Assembly: GCA_973895155.1 (NCBI GenBank)
Contig: OZ316895.1
Location: 18,113,880-18,177,879 of the forward strand
Direction of reading: 5' to 3'
Length of the DNA: 64,000 nucleotides
Source of the DNA: Marsupella aquatica
Lineage: Eukaryota > Plantae > Marchantiophyta
Part shown: positions 30,300 through 44,008 of the stretch, piece by piece
Layout: each line of letters begins with the position of its first letter
Position numbering within the stretch: the first letter of the stretch is position 1
Made by a program: the position numbers and the translations under genes
Notes under the pieces: generated by a model
Databases searched by the model: none
The model's input: only the letters and a program-made list of their open reading frames with translations
What the model was told of the DNA's origin: nothing

Positions 30300-32507
30300 T
30301 CCCCTAGCTGAAAACTAGTGCACAATACAAAACCATCATCCTCTTCAGACATAGCTACGCAAGCTTGACCATGAATGCTACTATTCTTCTTCCCGTTCTT
30401 CTTGCAATATTGTGAAATGTGGCCCTTCTCACCACATTTCCAACACTACTATCCTCAAAAAACTAGTTTTTAATCTAGATTTATCTATACTTGAAGAACT
30501 TTCCTTAGACCTATCTTTGGTAACCACTAGAGTAGATACAGATGACGAAGAAGAACTCTCATGAATTTTCCTCCGCATCTCATGTGATAGTAAAAGAGCT
30601 GCATTTTCATCAAATGATAATGTACTCTTACCATACAAAATTGTTTGGATCAAATGCTCATAAGACCTAGGTAGAGAGGTCAACAAATTGAAGCGCCTTC
30701 TTCTCATCCTCTACCTTCTCATTGACTCTTTCCAACTCTGCTACAATCAAATTGAAGTTGTCAATATGTTCATGTAAAGTCTACCCTTCAGCCATCTTGA
30801 AGTTCATCAACTTCAAAGTCATGTATATCCTTGTTATTAGTGATGTCTTCTCGTACATTGCCTTTTATTAGCCAATCCCAGAGTTTTGTAACAGAGTAGT
30901 CATCACCTAAAGTAGTACTTTAGATGACTGATGTAGCTTGATCAGGCTGAAAGTACAAGCACAAATGTCATCCCAATCCTCTTGCATCATGCTTTATGGC
31001 TTTGTCTTGAATGCCAATCCCAAGCCCTCAGAAACAAGAACATCTTGCATATGTACCTCCCATAACGCAAAGTTATTTCTTGCGGTGAATTTCTCCAAAT
31101 CATACTTTGCATTGGTCATTTTCTAGGATGCCATGACAATATCCCCAACTCTTATGTGCGATGTATCCCCTTGTAGCTACTAAGGTGGTTGCAAAGCTTC
31201 CAAAACATGTCTGCCCCGCCCAACAGGCTTACCCAAAAAACCACCAAAAATTTAAAGTGACCAAATCTAGAAATTGATATCACATTTATGTAGCCTACAA
31301 GACACTCTTCCAAAATCCAAAAATTGTTTGTCAAACAGACATTCCAGTCTCAAGATATTCAAGTTTGAATATCATGCACGTAGTCGTGTGACTCGTGACA
31401 ACTTTAGTATCACGCGCCTGGTCATGTGATATTTCCTCCGGCTTGAGCCTCAAGTGCCCGTGTGCATGGTGTCTTGCTCCAGTCTCATGCTCCCATTGGC
31501 ATGTCAAAATCCGTCTCATTTTTGCCTAAAAAGTGTGCCACCATTTTTGGCCCGTATCTTTGTCGTTCAATCCATCTTTGTTTGGTCTATATTTTATAAT
31601 GTTGGAACCAGCGTGATGAGCTCTTTCCAACCAGCCTAGTGAACCACACGATCAAAACTTTCAAAAATTGACCCAATAATATTCGTTCCACAGTGCGGCA
31701 ACTACTTTGAGCTCCGGCTATGGTTGCCTGAGCTCAACAACAAACTTCAAACTGAAATTCTCAACCACAAAAAATACCAATGTGTTTCCAGATTGTTGCA
31801 GAGTGATCCCTGTCCCGTATGCAAACACTCGGATCAAGCCAACAATCAAAATGAACAAGCAAAGATACTGATTACGCTCACATTGAAGAAAACTGTCGAA
31901 AAACCCTCGACAATAACAAAAATTGTTTCCCACCTTCAAAATTGTGCAATCTTTTGCCAATGCAGTGCAGGAATCGCTAAAGCCTGTGCTATATTGCCTA
32001 GGAGAAAGTTCACACTCAAATCGTACTGAAAATGATAAAATCAATCATGATGAGCCCCTGACGCTTCTCAATCTCAATCCCCAAGCTCTGATACCAATTG
32101 TTGGGAATAAATCTAGACTAAATGAGACAACATCAACATAGGTGAACAACATCCATAGACTCCGACACTGAATGTACTTGGTTCACCCCGTCTGGGCTAC
32201 ATCCACGGCCGTGAGAGAAATCCAGTAATACTCAACACAATTACGCTTGCTCCGCCAACGTGCTAGAGCTCCTCCTCTCACCTCCTCACTCTCTCTCCTA
32301 GAGAATGAACCTTCAAGTGTGAGCACAAGTCTGTGTTCCCCTTGGGTATACCCCCTCCCATAGTCTATGGGAACTTGGAACTCAAACTAGTGCTATCCTA
32401 GTCTATTGAAGTCTACCTAGTACTATGGAAGTATATAGAGGCATATCCTAACAATAGTTAGGTTGCGGTTATATAATAACTATGGGCCTAAGAATAAATG
32501 CCTAACA
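30300..32507 (-). mobile_element. Truncated Ty1/Copia relic (5' LTR, PBS, gag remnant)
   Basis: PBS-Met TGGTATCAGAGC at 32096..32085; LTR end CA at 32099; gag remnant LLTSLPRSYEHLIQTILYGK (30429..30707). The outer LTR boundary is 32453 or 32507. Confidence 0.7.
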
Positions 32508-34731
32508 GAAACCTCACTGGCCATTTAAATGGTGAATTGTTTCCTATCATTGAGTGAGATTAACCTAATTAAAGGTGTCACTCCGCACCTTTTCCATGCC
32601 CAACCCATCACTCTCCCAATAGCTCGCACACTCCTTAAAATCCAGTTGTTAGACCAACTCCCTACAACATCAGACTGCCTGAACCTCTCACTTATGAACA
32701 ATGACGCTTCCCCTCAGCATCACTTACTATCCACAATGTTGTCTAATGCACGGGGATTGGGCTAGTGGATTCCTAATTAGTTTTTAGGAACATTGTAAAC
32801 CTACTATTCTGGGATAACAACACACAACAAAAGAAAGTGCATTCATCAGTTCCTCATGTCCATGATCTCCAAAAGGTCAAAGTTCAGATTCCTGTAGATC
32901 TCCAGTGTATCTGTTTTCTTTTCAACAATGAAACTTATTGGGTGCACAACTGCTGCATATGATCGCTAAAAAAACTGTCTTCTCCCAGTGTGCACTTAGG
33001 AGACTTTACTTTGTACTTTTAATTTTAGAAAACGACAAAGCACCAATCGTATTCCCATTCCCAGGTGGGAGACTTTACTTTTTATCTCAAAACAATACTA
33101 GTATGAGACGAATCTTACCTGAAATGTGCACGGAACTCCTCCACCCATGTTGTAAGAATCAAACAAAGTTAAGGATTTTGACATTAACTAATTCTTTATC
33201 TTTTGAAATGAACATTCAGTCATTCATCCTGTGAAACACTCACGGGTGAGCAAGTTCTTATTAAACTTTATCAAATCTCAAGCACCTGCAGATTCATAAA
33301 GTAACAGTAAGTCAAGGTGAAGCATATGTATTTTACTCTCTAAGTGTTCGTTGCTTAATTGGTTAGTGCATTAAATTGGCCTCATGGTTACTTTAATGTG
33401 AATGAAACTTGCAAATGTCCTATTTCCAAAGATTATACTTAACAGATGTCTCGAAGATAGACCTTGGGTGACTTCAGCATGCTTTAAACTTAGATCTGAC
33501 ATGAGCATTATTCGACATTCAACAAATAGCCCACCTCCCAATTAGTGCATGACTTTCAGCCTAAGGTACTTCAAATTCCTTACCTACAAGTACTCTTGAC
33601 AACAATAAATCAAATGTAAACTTAGTTGAAGAAAACAACACTCGACATTTTGGTCTATCATTCCTTTTCAATGGTTATCAAAATCTTCCTGTTGCCAAAC
33701 AGTGGAAATAGCTCAGAACAACAAGGTGAACAAACCCAAGAACAGTCGGAGACGGACGACCCGATATATGACAGTCCAAATTTAATTGGCACTTGTCGCT
33801 AACCTATCGAACTGTTACTAACTGCTAACATGCTATTAGATTAGATTGTAATATATTTTTCTCAAATTGATTGTCAAAGGCGTCTTTTCGATTGAAAGTA
33901 TGACCGCACGACTTCCTGATGTTTGTCTTGTTTAGAATACAATTGAGTCATTTTATGGAAGAAGGGCCAAAACAGTGAATCCACTATAAAGCGATTTGAG
34001 GGTCCTGTTGACTGAGTCACATGGCCATGAATAGCTGCTCAGATTTAGTAATTACCAGTCATCGAGGAAGACCAAATTGTGGATGAAGCTGCTTCCATAC
34101 TAGGAAAAAAGACGACTGAATTTCTAGAGACCATATCCTGGGGCAAGGGCCTGAATTCTCCCTCAGATTGAGTGTAGGCCACTTTTCAAGAAAACTAATG
34201 TATGGGTGAATGTCATTATCTTCATTTTCTCACAACTCTGGCTGGGTTCCTATTGATTAACGAGGTTCTAAACTAGATCATGGAGACAGGTATGAATGCC
34301 TCCTACTCACATAAATATTACAAATCAATGGAAGACTAAGCTATCGACGGAAAAGTTTATCCATATGTCCCATTAATCTGAGTAAGTACATGAAGCCCCA
34401 GCTGCAGTGAGTATTGACCGTCATCAAAGACAATTAAAAGTTTGAAGGATCAATTGGTCCATTTTGTCCACAGTGTTACTGGCTTGCTGTGTCTCATCGT
34501 AATCTTACACAGGCAAGAGCCGGAATTCCCAGCCACAGTGATCAAAAACCAGTCTTTAAAGGAACTAAAATGTGGATGGATTACTTCACACATCTGATGA
34601 ATTTGATCACAACGATCTCAATATAGACATGGATCTGAACTCATTATAAGGCTGTAATAACAAGTCCTCGTCCGACCTCGATGCTGCTCCAACAACAAAT
34701 CTGGCTCAAAGTTGTGCAATACCCTCTCGGG

Positions 34732-36486
34732 CTAGGGTGTCGATTCTTCAGAGTGGCTCAAAGCTAAAGTTGGACCACCCAAGTGCCTGATTATCGAGAA
34801 ATGAAAATCAAGCGAACTACCAAGCATCTTGTAATGTGCCTCCATCCATTTCTGTGCTACTGCGAATGACACCTCTTGACCTGCTCTTTGGAATTCTTTC
34901 ATAGCTGGATGAACGATCTCACAAGTTGTCGCAAAGTCTGACACCGCAGCCATCTCCAGCTCCTGTGCAAATTCGACTTCTGCACATGCAGCCTCTGAAA
35001 CAGGGAAGCAACTTGAAGCCTCATCTTCCAACAGTTTATTCACACGAGTCCTTGCTCGCTTGAACGCTTCAACTCTGAATAAGTTTTCGGACAGCATCTG
35101 CTCTACAGATGTGGCGGCTCTCCCTTCTCCACCCTGTGCTTCAGCATCAGACTTTGCCCGCTTCCTAGCAACCTTTATCTCCTCCTCCTCAAGAGCATTG
35201 GGTTTGACAGGAAGCTTTGTAATTCCTCTCCTCAGTCGTGCTTCTGGAGGTGTTTCCTTGACCTTTGCCACCACAGTTGCAATCTTTGGTGAGTCATCTC
35301 CTTTTTTAGTGGTGGCTGATCTACTACGTCGGACCAAGGTGGAGGTCTCAGCAGTTTTGACAACTGGGCTCTCTCCAGCGCCAGATAGTTGAGAAGCTTC
35401 TCTAGCTGCTTTCTCCATCCCTGCATCGTTGTCGACAATTCCTCTACCTTTGGTACTGGGCACACCTTTAAGCTTCTTGGGAACTATACCTTTGATAAAC
35501 GAGGACAGTGGAGCATCATCCTCATCAGCTGAAATTTGTGCATCTTCCACCTCAGTCCTTACAACATCATCGTCCCATGCGTAGGCATCTCTCTGTTGTA
35601 GATTTTGGGAGTTACGTCCAAGGGTGCCGACACAGGATTTTGCTCCACAATCACACCGGACTTTAGAACCTCCACTATACCATCTGGATTTTAGGTAATC
35701 TATGGTCAACTCTGTTCCAGCTGGTATATCCACAATTGTGAATATACCGATTCTATCTTCTCCAAGCCCTGTCAACTTCTTCATCTCACAATTAGGTTCA
35801 CAGCAGTGATTGACAAAGCGGCCGAAAGTACCTTTTCGAGTGGCATCGATAAACTCTGTTGCATTTAGTGAAATAATGTAAGAATCCTTCAAACCTGACG
35901 CCTCGTAGACTTTAGAACGAAAAATACCCTCTTTACTGGGTACAACTTCTCCACAGAATTCCACGACGAAATCTCCAGCTTTCAAATCTTCATCTGCTGC
36001 TAGACCCCAGCCTTTGTTTTCTGTCTTCACCAACTTCGTCTTTGAATCCTGATACCGCTGGAACTTCGGAATTTTACATTTATCTCCCAGCGGGCATGGT
36101 GGTGGTTGGTCTGTTTCACAATTCAAGGCCACACACTCGCACACAGCCGAGTCCGTCTCTTCTTCCTGTTTATTTCCCCTGTGCATGATTTCATTGCTGT
36201 CAATTAGGGCAAAGTCAGCCATTGGATCCGCTGAGTCACTGTCCTGCTTGAAGTGATCCTCCACCATTCTCCGAGCAGCTGTCTCCGCTGCTTTCTCAGA
36301 CAAATCCATTTTACGAGTGCGAGAACTGGTTACTCTGGCAGACTTCGGTGACGAGAACGGGGGAACCTTTTTTAATCGATCGTATATTCCCCACTTGACA
36401 CCACTCCGGCTGACGTGATCCCCGCCCTCCTCCGCCATCGTCTGTTCGGGTGGAGCTAATAGGACCCCCTCCAGAGCCGAAACCAT
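34732..36486 (-). CDS. ASHH1: Intronless ASHH1/SDG26-like histone-lysine methyltransferase (shortened AWS, SET, post-SET, ASHH1-type C-terminal helices)
   Basis: KTKLVKTENKGWGL, EFCGEV, DSYIISLNATEFIDATRKG, RFVNHCCEPNCE, ELTIDY, CDCGAKSC and C-terminal VAQKWMEA...LDFHFSII resemble plant ASHH1. Probably a paralog rather than the ortholog. Confidence 0.85.
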   Translation of the reverse strand: MVSALEGVLLAPPEQTMAEEGGDHVSRSGVKWGIYDRLKKVPPFSSPKSARVTSSRTRKMDLSEKAAETAARRMVEDHFKQDSDSADPMADFALIDSNEIMHRGNKQEEETDSAVCECVALNCETDQPPPCPLGDKCKIPKFQRYQDSKTKLVKTENKGWGLAADEDLKAGDFVVEFCGEVVPSKEGIFRSKVYEASGLKDSYIISLNATEFIDATRKGTFGRFVNHCCEPNCEMKKLTGLGEDRIGIFTIVDIPAGTELTIDYLKSRWYSGGSKVRCDCGAKSCVGTLGRNSQNLQQRDAYAWDDDVVRTEVEDAQISADEDDAPLSSFIKGIVPKKLKGVPSTKGRGIVDNDAGMEKAAREASQLSGAGESPVVKTAETSTLVRRSRSATTKKGDDSPKIATVVAKVKETPPEARLRRGITKLPVKPNALEEEEIKVARKRAKSDAEAQGGEGRAATSVEQMLSENLFRVEAFKRARTRVNKLLEDEASSCFPVSEAACAEVEFAQELEMAAVSDFATTCEIVHPAMKEFQRAGQEVSFAVAQKWMEAHYKMLGSSLDFHFSIIRHLGGPTLALSHSEESTP

Positions 36487-36957
36487 AAAAGTATGCTCGC
36501 TGTGTGCCCACCAGTTCTTCGATAAAAAATGCTTGAAATGACACGACGAATGCAGTCAAGCGGTGCAAGCTGATCGATAAATTAGGTGTGCGATGGAGTT
36601 TCAGCTCGCTTTGCCTGGTCTGCCCGTCTTCAGCTGGGCGTCCTTCAGTGTTTAGTAATGTTGTACTGCCATGCGTTCTGCTCCAGCTCGTCACTCCGCC
36701 TCTCAGAGTACTTGGTAATCACCAGAGAGAACCCAGAACCCTGTTGTTCACCTGCTGCACAGTACTGGTGACAGCAGCAGGTGTCTTCTCTTTAATGGCT
36801 GAACTTTCAGCCTTGTGGCCCAAAATTACTTTGTTGGCCCAAAATTACTCTTTCTTCTCCGCGCACTAGATTCTGCGTATACGATTTTGTGCATATGATT
36901 CTGAAAAATACAGTGTGCAATACTAAAGAGAATGCATTGCATTTACAACCCTTTTTT

Positions 36958-37071
36958 GTGACCAAATCTCTTTGGTCAGGGGGCTGGTTTGGTTAATAAA
37001 GAACAACTTTGAGGTTTTGTGACCAAATCTCTTTGGTAGGGGGGCTGGTTTGGTTAATAAAGAACAACTTT
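36958..37071. repeat. Tandem duplication, ~61-bp unit x2
   Basis: GTGACCAAATCTCTTTGGT...GGCTGGTTTGGTTAATAAAGAACAACTTT is repeated. Confidence 0.85.
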
Positions 37072-39287
37072 TAAATACATTGTCACTAAAGATCTTTGAA
37101 TTTACAATATTGTCATTATTTATTTTTGTATTTATAAAAATGTCATGGTTTCCTTATATAGTTCCCCTGTTTACCTTGGTAAACTTGTCAGCCGTGTCCA
37201 AAACCGTGATATTTTATAAATACAGAAAAAATAGTGGCAGTATTGTGAATTAGAACATCTTTAATGGCAAATTGATTAAAGCTGTAATTAAAAAGTATTG
37301 TACAACGGAAAAACGAGGGCCATGTATCAAAGCCCAGGGACTTGTTCTTTTTTGTGTAGGTCATCTTTATGGGCAGCCTCAAAGGGACAAACATGCCAAA
37401 TGTTCTTGCAAATCTCATTTATTAGGGGTCTCAAACCTCAAATTTTATGGACCTTAATTACACTGTTCACCATAATTAGTGTTATGCCAGAATTAGTGTT
37501 AGTCACACTAATTTATGTGAACTTGATCCGGAAGCAAAAGTAACACTAATTGGTGTCGGTTTTCAAAATCTTTTTTTTTTAGGTTTTGTTTAAATGTTTT
37601 GTTCAACATATTACTATAGAACATCTGGAGGTGAAAGCTCTGTAGTCATGGAGGGCTAGAGTATCTACTAGGGATTTGAGGGCTCCACAACATTTACACC
37701 CTCGCGCAATCATTTTTGGAGGTTTTATTTCACATCCAACAGAAGGGAATTTGGAGGTGCGGAGAGCTCTATAGTCGTGGAGGCTAAAGCATCTATTAGG
37801 GAATTCCTTTCAAATTCCAATTACAGATTTCTCTTTATTGCATTCCCGGATTGCATAATATTAATCAAATGTCTTGGTGGCATCAATCAATTCAGTTTGT
37901 GGCATTCAAAAGTTCTCACTACTGATCTACCACATCAGGTGTCCCTATGTACTTTGTTAGCCACAATGCCAAAGAGTTCACAGCATCTGCAAGAATTGTC
38001 TAGCGGTCATCATTCAACTTAGGAATTGGCAAAAGGGTCATTGACTTCACAAGCTTTGTCGACAACAGTACAGAAAACCTTGTTGACTAGTCTTTACAAT
38101 GCAATGTTACTTGCTCAAGACGTTATTTCCCAAACCCTAGCCTACACACAACTGGTCAGACTGGTCAGAACAATATACACTCAGGCTATGGTGTTGAATT
38201 TGGCTTAGTTAATTTTATGCTTCTTTGCCACTATCACTCTACCATTCCTTTCACCAGTTTTCCAGGCCCAACCCTTTACCTTCCGAATAGGTTTGACTAC
38301 CAGTAGGCAAAAGTGCAGCATCTATTGCAATTCCATCTGCATAGCTTGTATGTCATCTGCCTACACAGCCTGGGATAGAATTTCACTTTTCAGTTGGGCC
38401 TCTATTGCACATCCACCATCACCTGCTCCTGCAACATGAATATCCTTGCCCAATTTTACATTCACAACAACAACATCTGCTAGCTCTTCAAATATATTGA
38501 AGATGGGTGCCAAATTGCTAGGGGTATTGAGTACAGTGGTCATCTCTACATCACCAGAACATCATGTCATCCTCAATGCAAGCATTACCTCATTCAAGTC
38601 CAATTAATTCAACCAATGATAAAAGCAAACTCAAGTTAAACTGATTGATCTTTAAAACTTCACTCAATCTCACCTTCCACTTTACATGCCACTGTATTGG
38701 CCACATCTATTCCTATGGTCTCCACCTCCATTTGCTGTCTGATATTGCCATTTGGATTACTACAAATGGTGGAGGGATGCAACCCTTGAGAACTAGCATT
38801 TCATGTTGCAATCATGATACATTTGTAATTGTCTTCTTGCACATACATTAAGTTCTGAACATCATTCCTTAGCAGGGACAACTCATTTTACCATTTCATT
38901 CAAATCTTCAAACCAGGGTATAAACACATCATTGTCATGAGACCCATATGTTTAAATGTATTGTTCTTGGCCCTAAAAAGACAAAATCAAGAATCTGATT
39001 GAACCCACAGCAACCTTATATATCTAGTTACATGGTTTGAAGGATAACTCGATTGTCACATTTTTGCTTCTGTTTCCTTGCTTCAAGTCTCACCTCAAGT
39101 CTCGCCTCTTCCTTTGTTGGGGATTGTCCATTATGTTTCATTTGCACATATCACCACAACCTCTCCACACATCAATTGGAATGCCCAATAAAGAATGTAA
39201 TGCAGAGGGGACCATCATCTTACCATACAAAGAATATCCTTACCAGATATTCTACTATCAAACCATTCCCTTTCCATCCTGTCAAGT

Positions 39288-40748
39288 TTAAGTCATGGAA
39301 CTCGACTACCCTACCACTTAGCTCTGGCGTTGCTGACTCCAACGTCAAGCTCCTCTATGGTCCAGGCCCTCGGAATGGCCAACTAGTGGGGGCTAAGTAT
39401 GGCAACTAAGACTTGTGGGCAAGGAAGTGTTGCACTAGAAAAGATGATGCGTTGAGATAGTGATGCACACAAGGGACTTAGAATGGTGTTTGGATCAGGT
39501 TGGGTCATGGGAAGGGCCAAGCTCAAGGCGGACCGTCCGGACCCCTAAACAAACTTTGAGTTTGGAGGGCTTGAGTGAGAGCTCCTATTGATCCCAAAGC
39601 CAAAGAAGCTTAGTTCAAGAGGAATGGATGCTTGGCCCATGAGATACAATGCGGCATGGGTGTAGCCATCTAGGACCTCTGACTAAAGATGTGTTATGGG
39701 GGCCCGGGCATGAGCATCCTGCTGGTCTCATCATATTGGGCTAAGGCACTTTGCCTATGAACGTCTAACTAGAAAGCTATGGGCCTAGGAAATTAGCTTT
39801 GTGTAGATCGGGCTGGAGTCCAGGTAGAGGGCTAAAATAGGGGACAAAAGTTTTTCTGTGGGAAGTAGGTCTCCAGAAGCATATATGAGGGGAGTGGTGT
39901 CTCCCAGTGTATAGGGGGCAAGCCCAAGCTATGAAGTGTGATGATCACGCTACTAACTAAGGGGAAAAGCCAAACAAAATTGACTATATTAATTAACATT
40001 CTCAACGGGAATAGGAAGACTTCTTGGGTGCATTGGAAAGATCTCAAGGAGGACTACATCCTCTTGATCTTAATTGAGTCTGAGGGTGCCTTTGGTCCTC
40101 AGGATAAGGGCAACCTCGCCCATTTGCCGATCATGCCACAATAGTAGTCAAGTTGCGTTCAGTTTGCAATGAGAGCTTGCATTGGGGAGGCAACACAGAG
40201 TAGGCATGGATGTTGAGGTCCAAGTGCATCTTGCCCTTGGACTCCCGATTGAGCTAGATCCATAGAGACAATTGCTAGAGTTGGGGCCAAACATAACTAG
40301 TCATGTTTTATGACAAGTTGGCTACTTGGGCCATGGGCATGTCCTGGAGGCAAGGCAATCAGCCGGTGATGGATAGAAATTGGGGAATCTCAAGTGGCGC
40401 CTGGTAGAGGGGCTGTTCTAGACAAATAGTGAGTGTCAACCTTACCTTCAGCTTATGGCAAGACCACGCGGACCTGGGAGGCTCTTACTAACGACTGTTG
40501 AGCTTGAGGTAAGATTGGTCTGGGGATTTGAGATTAAAGCGGGTTACTTACCAATGTAATTTTTTGCTCGTGCACACAATAGGGGCTGTTGAGCAATGGC
40601 CGTGTTGAGGAGCAAGTGCAACTTTGTATGGGAGTTGCCATTGGCGGTGATAGAGGCACCCAATTGCTTGCTGTATAGGAGTTCAACACCAAAAGTACTT
40701 AGGCAAGGTGCTAGGTTTGGTGAGGGCGTTGGGTGGCTAGGTCCACCA
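39288..40748 (+). repeat. Diverged LTR related to the chromovirus LTR at 21911..23392
   Basis: Shared blocks ACTCGACTACC...CACTTAGCTC, CCAGAAGCATATATGAGGGGAGTGGTGTCTCCC, GAGCTTGCATTGGGGAGGCAA and GGTCCACCACTTG. Followed by a PBS-like TGGTATCA. Confidence 0.8.
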
Positions 40749-41449
40749 CTTGTGGTATCAAATCATTGCTTGCATAGACGCTGGGCCGAAGCTGGACTAA
40801 GTTTGAGATTATTGTGGGCTTTGAACATGTGTGGACATGAGTTCCACTTGTTCTCCATGTATGTGTGATGATGTATGTGTGATGTATTGTGCTTAGTTAT
40901 GGATGTATGTGACAAGCGATATATGTTGTGTAGCGATGTGTATGCGCACGACAGGAGGCATCAACTTAGACGAACATTTCAAGGAGGAGGATGATGAGCC
41001 TTTGGCTGGACCATCAGCCACTGTTGCAAACACCTTGTAGTATTACACTAGGGACATAAATCATCATTTAAGGTTCAAAACCTAGTAGTTGTTCCCATGC
41101 AAGAACATGTTTAGAATGGTTTTCTATCATTTAGGACTTATGAATGATTAAGGTATCAAAAACACAGGTTTGATCCTTATACTGTGAATGCTCAGCACGA
41201 CATAGATTTGAATGTTTGCAAATACAATTAACAAAATGGAAATGAATTAACAAAACACAAGGAAATTCTTGAGACATGATGAGCTAGTCTACAAACAACC
41301 AAGGTAACTTCTCAATCCCGTTCGCAATATAACTTCATTTGATGTGACTTAGAGTGGTAGATCTGCAAGAACATTTGTGGAAAGGACCTGGGAAAGAATT
41401 ACTTTACTAGGATGATCATTGAGGTGTCATCAACACATCTCAACCTTTC

Positions 41450-42500
41450 TTTCCAAGATACCCAGTTGGGATTAGCAACCAATCACTTCAATATCCAGGC
41501 GGTATTTTGTATCATAAACATTCAAGAGACTATCCTTATCAAATCAAAGTCATTAGTTTTTTGGTAAGTGATCCATTATTCTTGGCATCCAGTGCTCAAG
41601 CAAAATCAATCCAACAACTATGCATCAAGAAGTGTGCAAATTGTCTTGCGTTTTCCTTCCTATTTTATGTTCATTTGCATGTGAATCTACTTTCACGTGG
41701 AACTTGTGAACAGTTGGATCAACTGTTCATCTCTATCCAAACAAACAACAGACCTTGGCATGGCTACTCAATGGCACACTTGTTCTAGATAGACGTAATT
41801 CTATTCAAATTGGTTGTCAAAATCCCTTGCTCTGCATTGGCACTTAGATATCTCAATCATTATCTCTCCATGACAACATAGGCCCCTAGATATTCATCTT
41901 GATCCTAGATTGTGGATTCCAATGCTATCAGGAGAGATAGCTTTGTGCTTTAAGCTTTCTGCAAGGTAGGCACTGCAATGTCATTGCTAGACTACTCTTT
42001 CATCTTTTCTCTGCTTCAACTCACGAAAATACCCTTGGGTGCCTCTACAAACCAATCTTGACAGGGAGAAACAATGATTCTCTTCTCAATATCGAAGAGA
42101 TTACTTATTAAATCAATTTTAGTTTGAAAAACATGGATTCCTCCCCCACAGTCCCCATATGGTAGCTCAATTTCAACTTAATCTCACCAGGTCTCCCTTG
42201 GTTATGGCTTGCACGTACACTTGACTTTGTTGGCCTACTATATACTTATTCTTTCAGCAAGTTTACACTCGCTTTTGTCATTACAAATTTGTCAATGGAC
42301 AATTGCAGCACTTATGAGTTCTATTTCCTCCGGACAGAGAAACCTGAACTCAAAATCTATTTACAATGGGTCGAGAGTAATAAGTAATGAGTAAACTTGT
42401 TTGTAACTGCCCCCTGCAGTGGGATTCAGCTTAGTTACCATCATCATCAAATTGTAGAATTGTAGAGAGAGGAGCAGAGTCAAATGAAGATTTTGGTAAA
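41450..42500 (-). pseudogene. Possible highly decayed LINE ORF2 remnant
   Basis: LQFDDD (~42450) and YLG (~41890) resemble RT LQFADD and YLG motifs. No long ORF. Confidence 0.3.
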
Positions 42501-42889
42501 TGGTTGGAATCTATCAAGAGTTAACATACCTACCCTAAATTAGAAAATTGAACAGCGTGGCTGTGGCCTGAGTTTTTGCTTTCGAGGCTAGAAACCATTG
42601 ATGTGTGGTCTCATCTGTCCACTTCTCACCAAATCTTTTTGTTGTTATTTCAGTTTTTGTTGCATTTGTTTTTCTGTTTGTGTTGCTTCTTCTGTGCGGA
42701 CAGACCAGAGGGTATATAAGCGAGCAATCTTCTTATCGGGAGAATAGAGCACTAGCTCATGATTAGCAGCATTGTTCTGTGCATAGTGCTAACTTTCTGA
42801 TAACCTTTGGCTAAAGACTGCCTGTCAGACTTTGCAAACTTTCCACACTAGTTTCATTCATTCCCTTTTCTATCGTCGTCGTTTAGTCT

Positions 42890-43021
42890 TGATTTTTCTG
42901 GGTGCTCTTGTTTCTATCTGGAAGGTACAGACACAATGCTCTCATGCCGCAGTCCTTTAGACCTGATTTCTCTGGATGCTTTTGTTTCTATCTGGAAGGT
43001 ACAGACACAATGCTCTCATGC
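42890..43021. repeat. Tandem duplication, ~74-bp unit x2
   Basis: TTGTTTCTATCTGGAAGGTACAGACACAATGCTCTCATGC is repeated. Confidence 0.85.
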
Positions 43022-44008
43022 TGCGGACTTCAAACCGCTACAGTACTTACCTCCACTAAAGAACTGCTTGCAAAATATGGTTTCAGCACTGTGAGTTGAC
43101 CTCCAAACTAAAAAAATAATTGAAATTATTAATATCAATTTATTACAGCTAAAACACATATTTTGGAAATGGTACCAAGGATTATGAAAAACCAACTTTG
43201 TGGTCCAGCATCATCTTCGTACAGATTAAATCCATTTCGACATAGATTGGGCGCCAGTTTCTTAAATAATGTTCAGATTGAGGGGTAGTCTAGAAAAAAA
43301 GTAAATGGTTAAAATTAACGATAGTTACCATTTTGCACTATATGCTCCAACTGATGTCCATCACATAGACCGTTAATCCGTCGACGAGGTCACCACAGTG
43401 ACTCGAACTAAAAGTACTCGGCGGAAAGAGGTGATGCAATCTTTAAACTGATCGAAGATGTGTTCTTTGACGCAGCATGGACGCTAATGCCTTACTCAAG
43501 CAACGAAATTTGAGTCCAAAGTTTCCAATTGCTTCCGAACTGATTGTCAAACAAAACTCAAATGTATTACAATTCTCGTAATGGTCTCTGCCGTTCATGA
43601 AGACTCCTTTGCCTAGGGCATAAACAAGAACCCGCGAGCTAGTTTTGCCATTCCACGGTACAGTAGAAGAGATTTATGTGTCGGACAAAATCTACGGCAT
43701 TTAGTATTGAGTGACTGTACATTGGAAAACATGCCTTACTATATAACTATCCTTTCTACTGTATTTCTTTCATATTAACTCAAAATTGGAGAGAAGCTCA
43801 GAATACATACTTGCTAAGACAGAAATGATCATAGCAACTGTAGTCGGCGATCTCAAAGCATTTTGACGCTAGCCTTCACCAAGTTAATTGTCACAAGATT
43901 TGACATAAATCCGCAGAGGACAGCCGCGAAGAATCTACATAAATAGAGATGAAAATTGAACTAGGCAGAGGCGAGATAATCAACTAGTTCAGAGTTACTG
44001 TAAACTTG

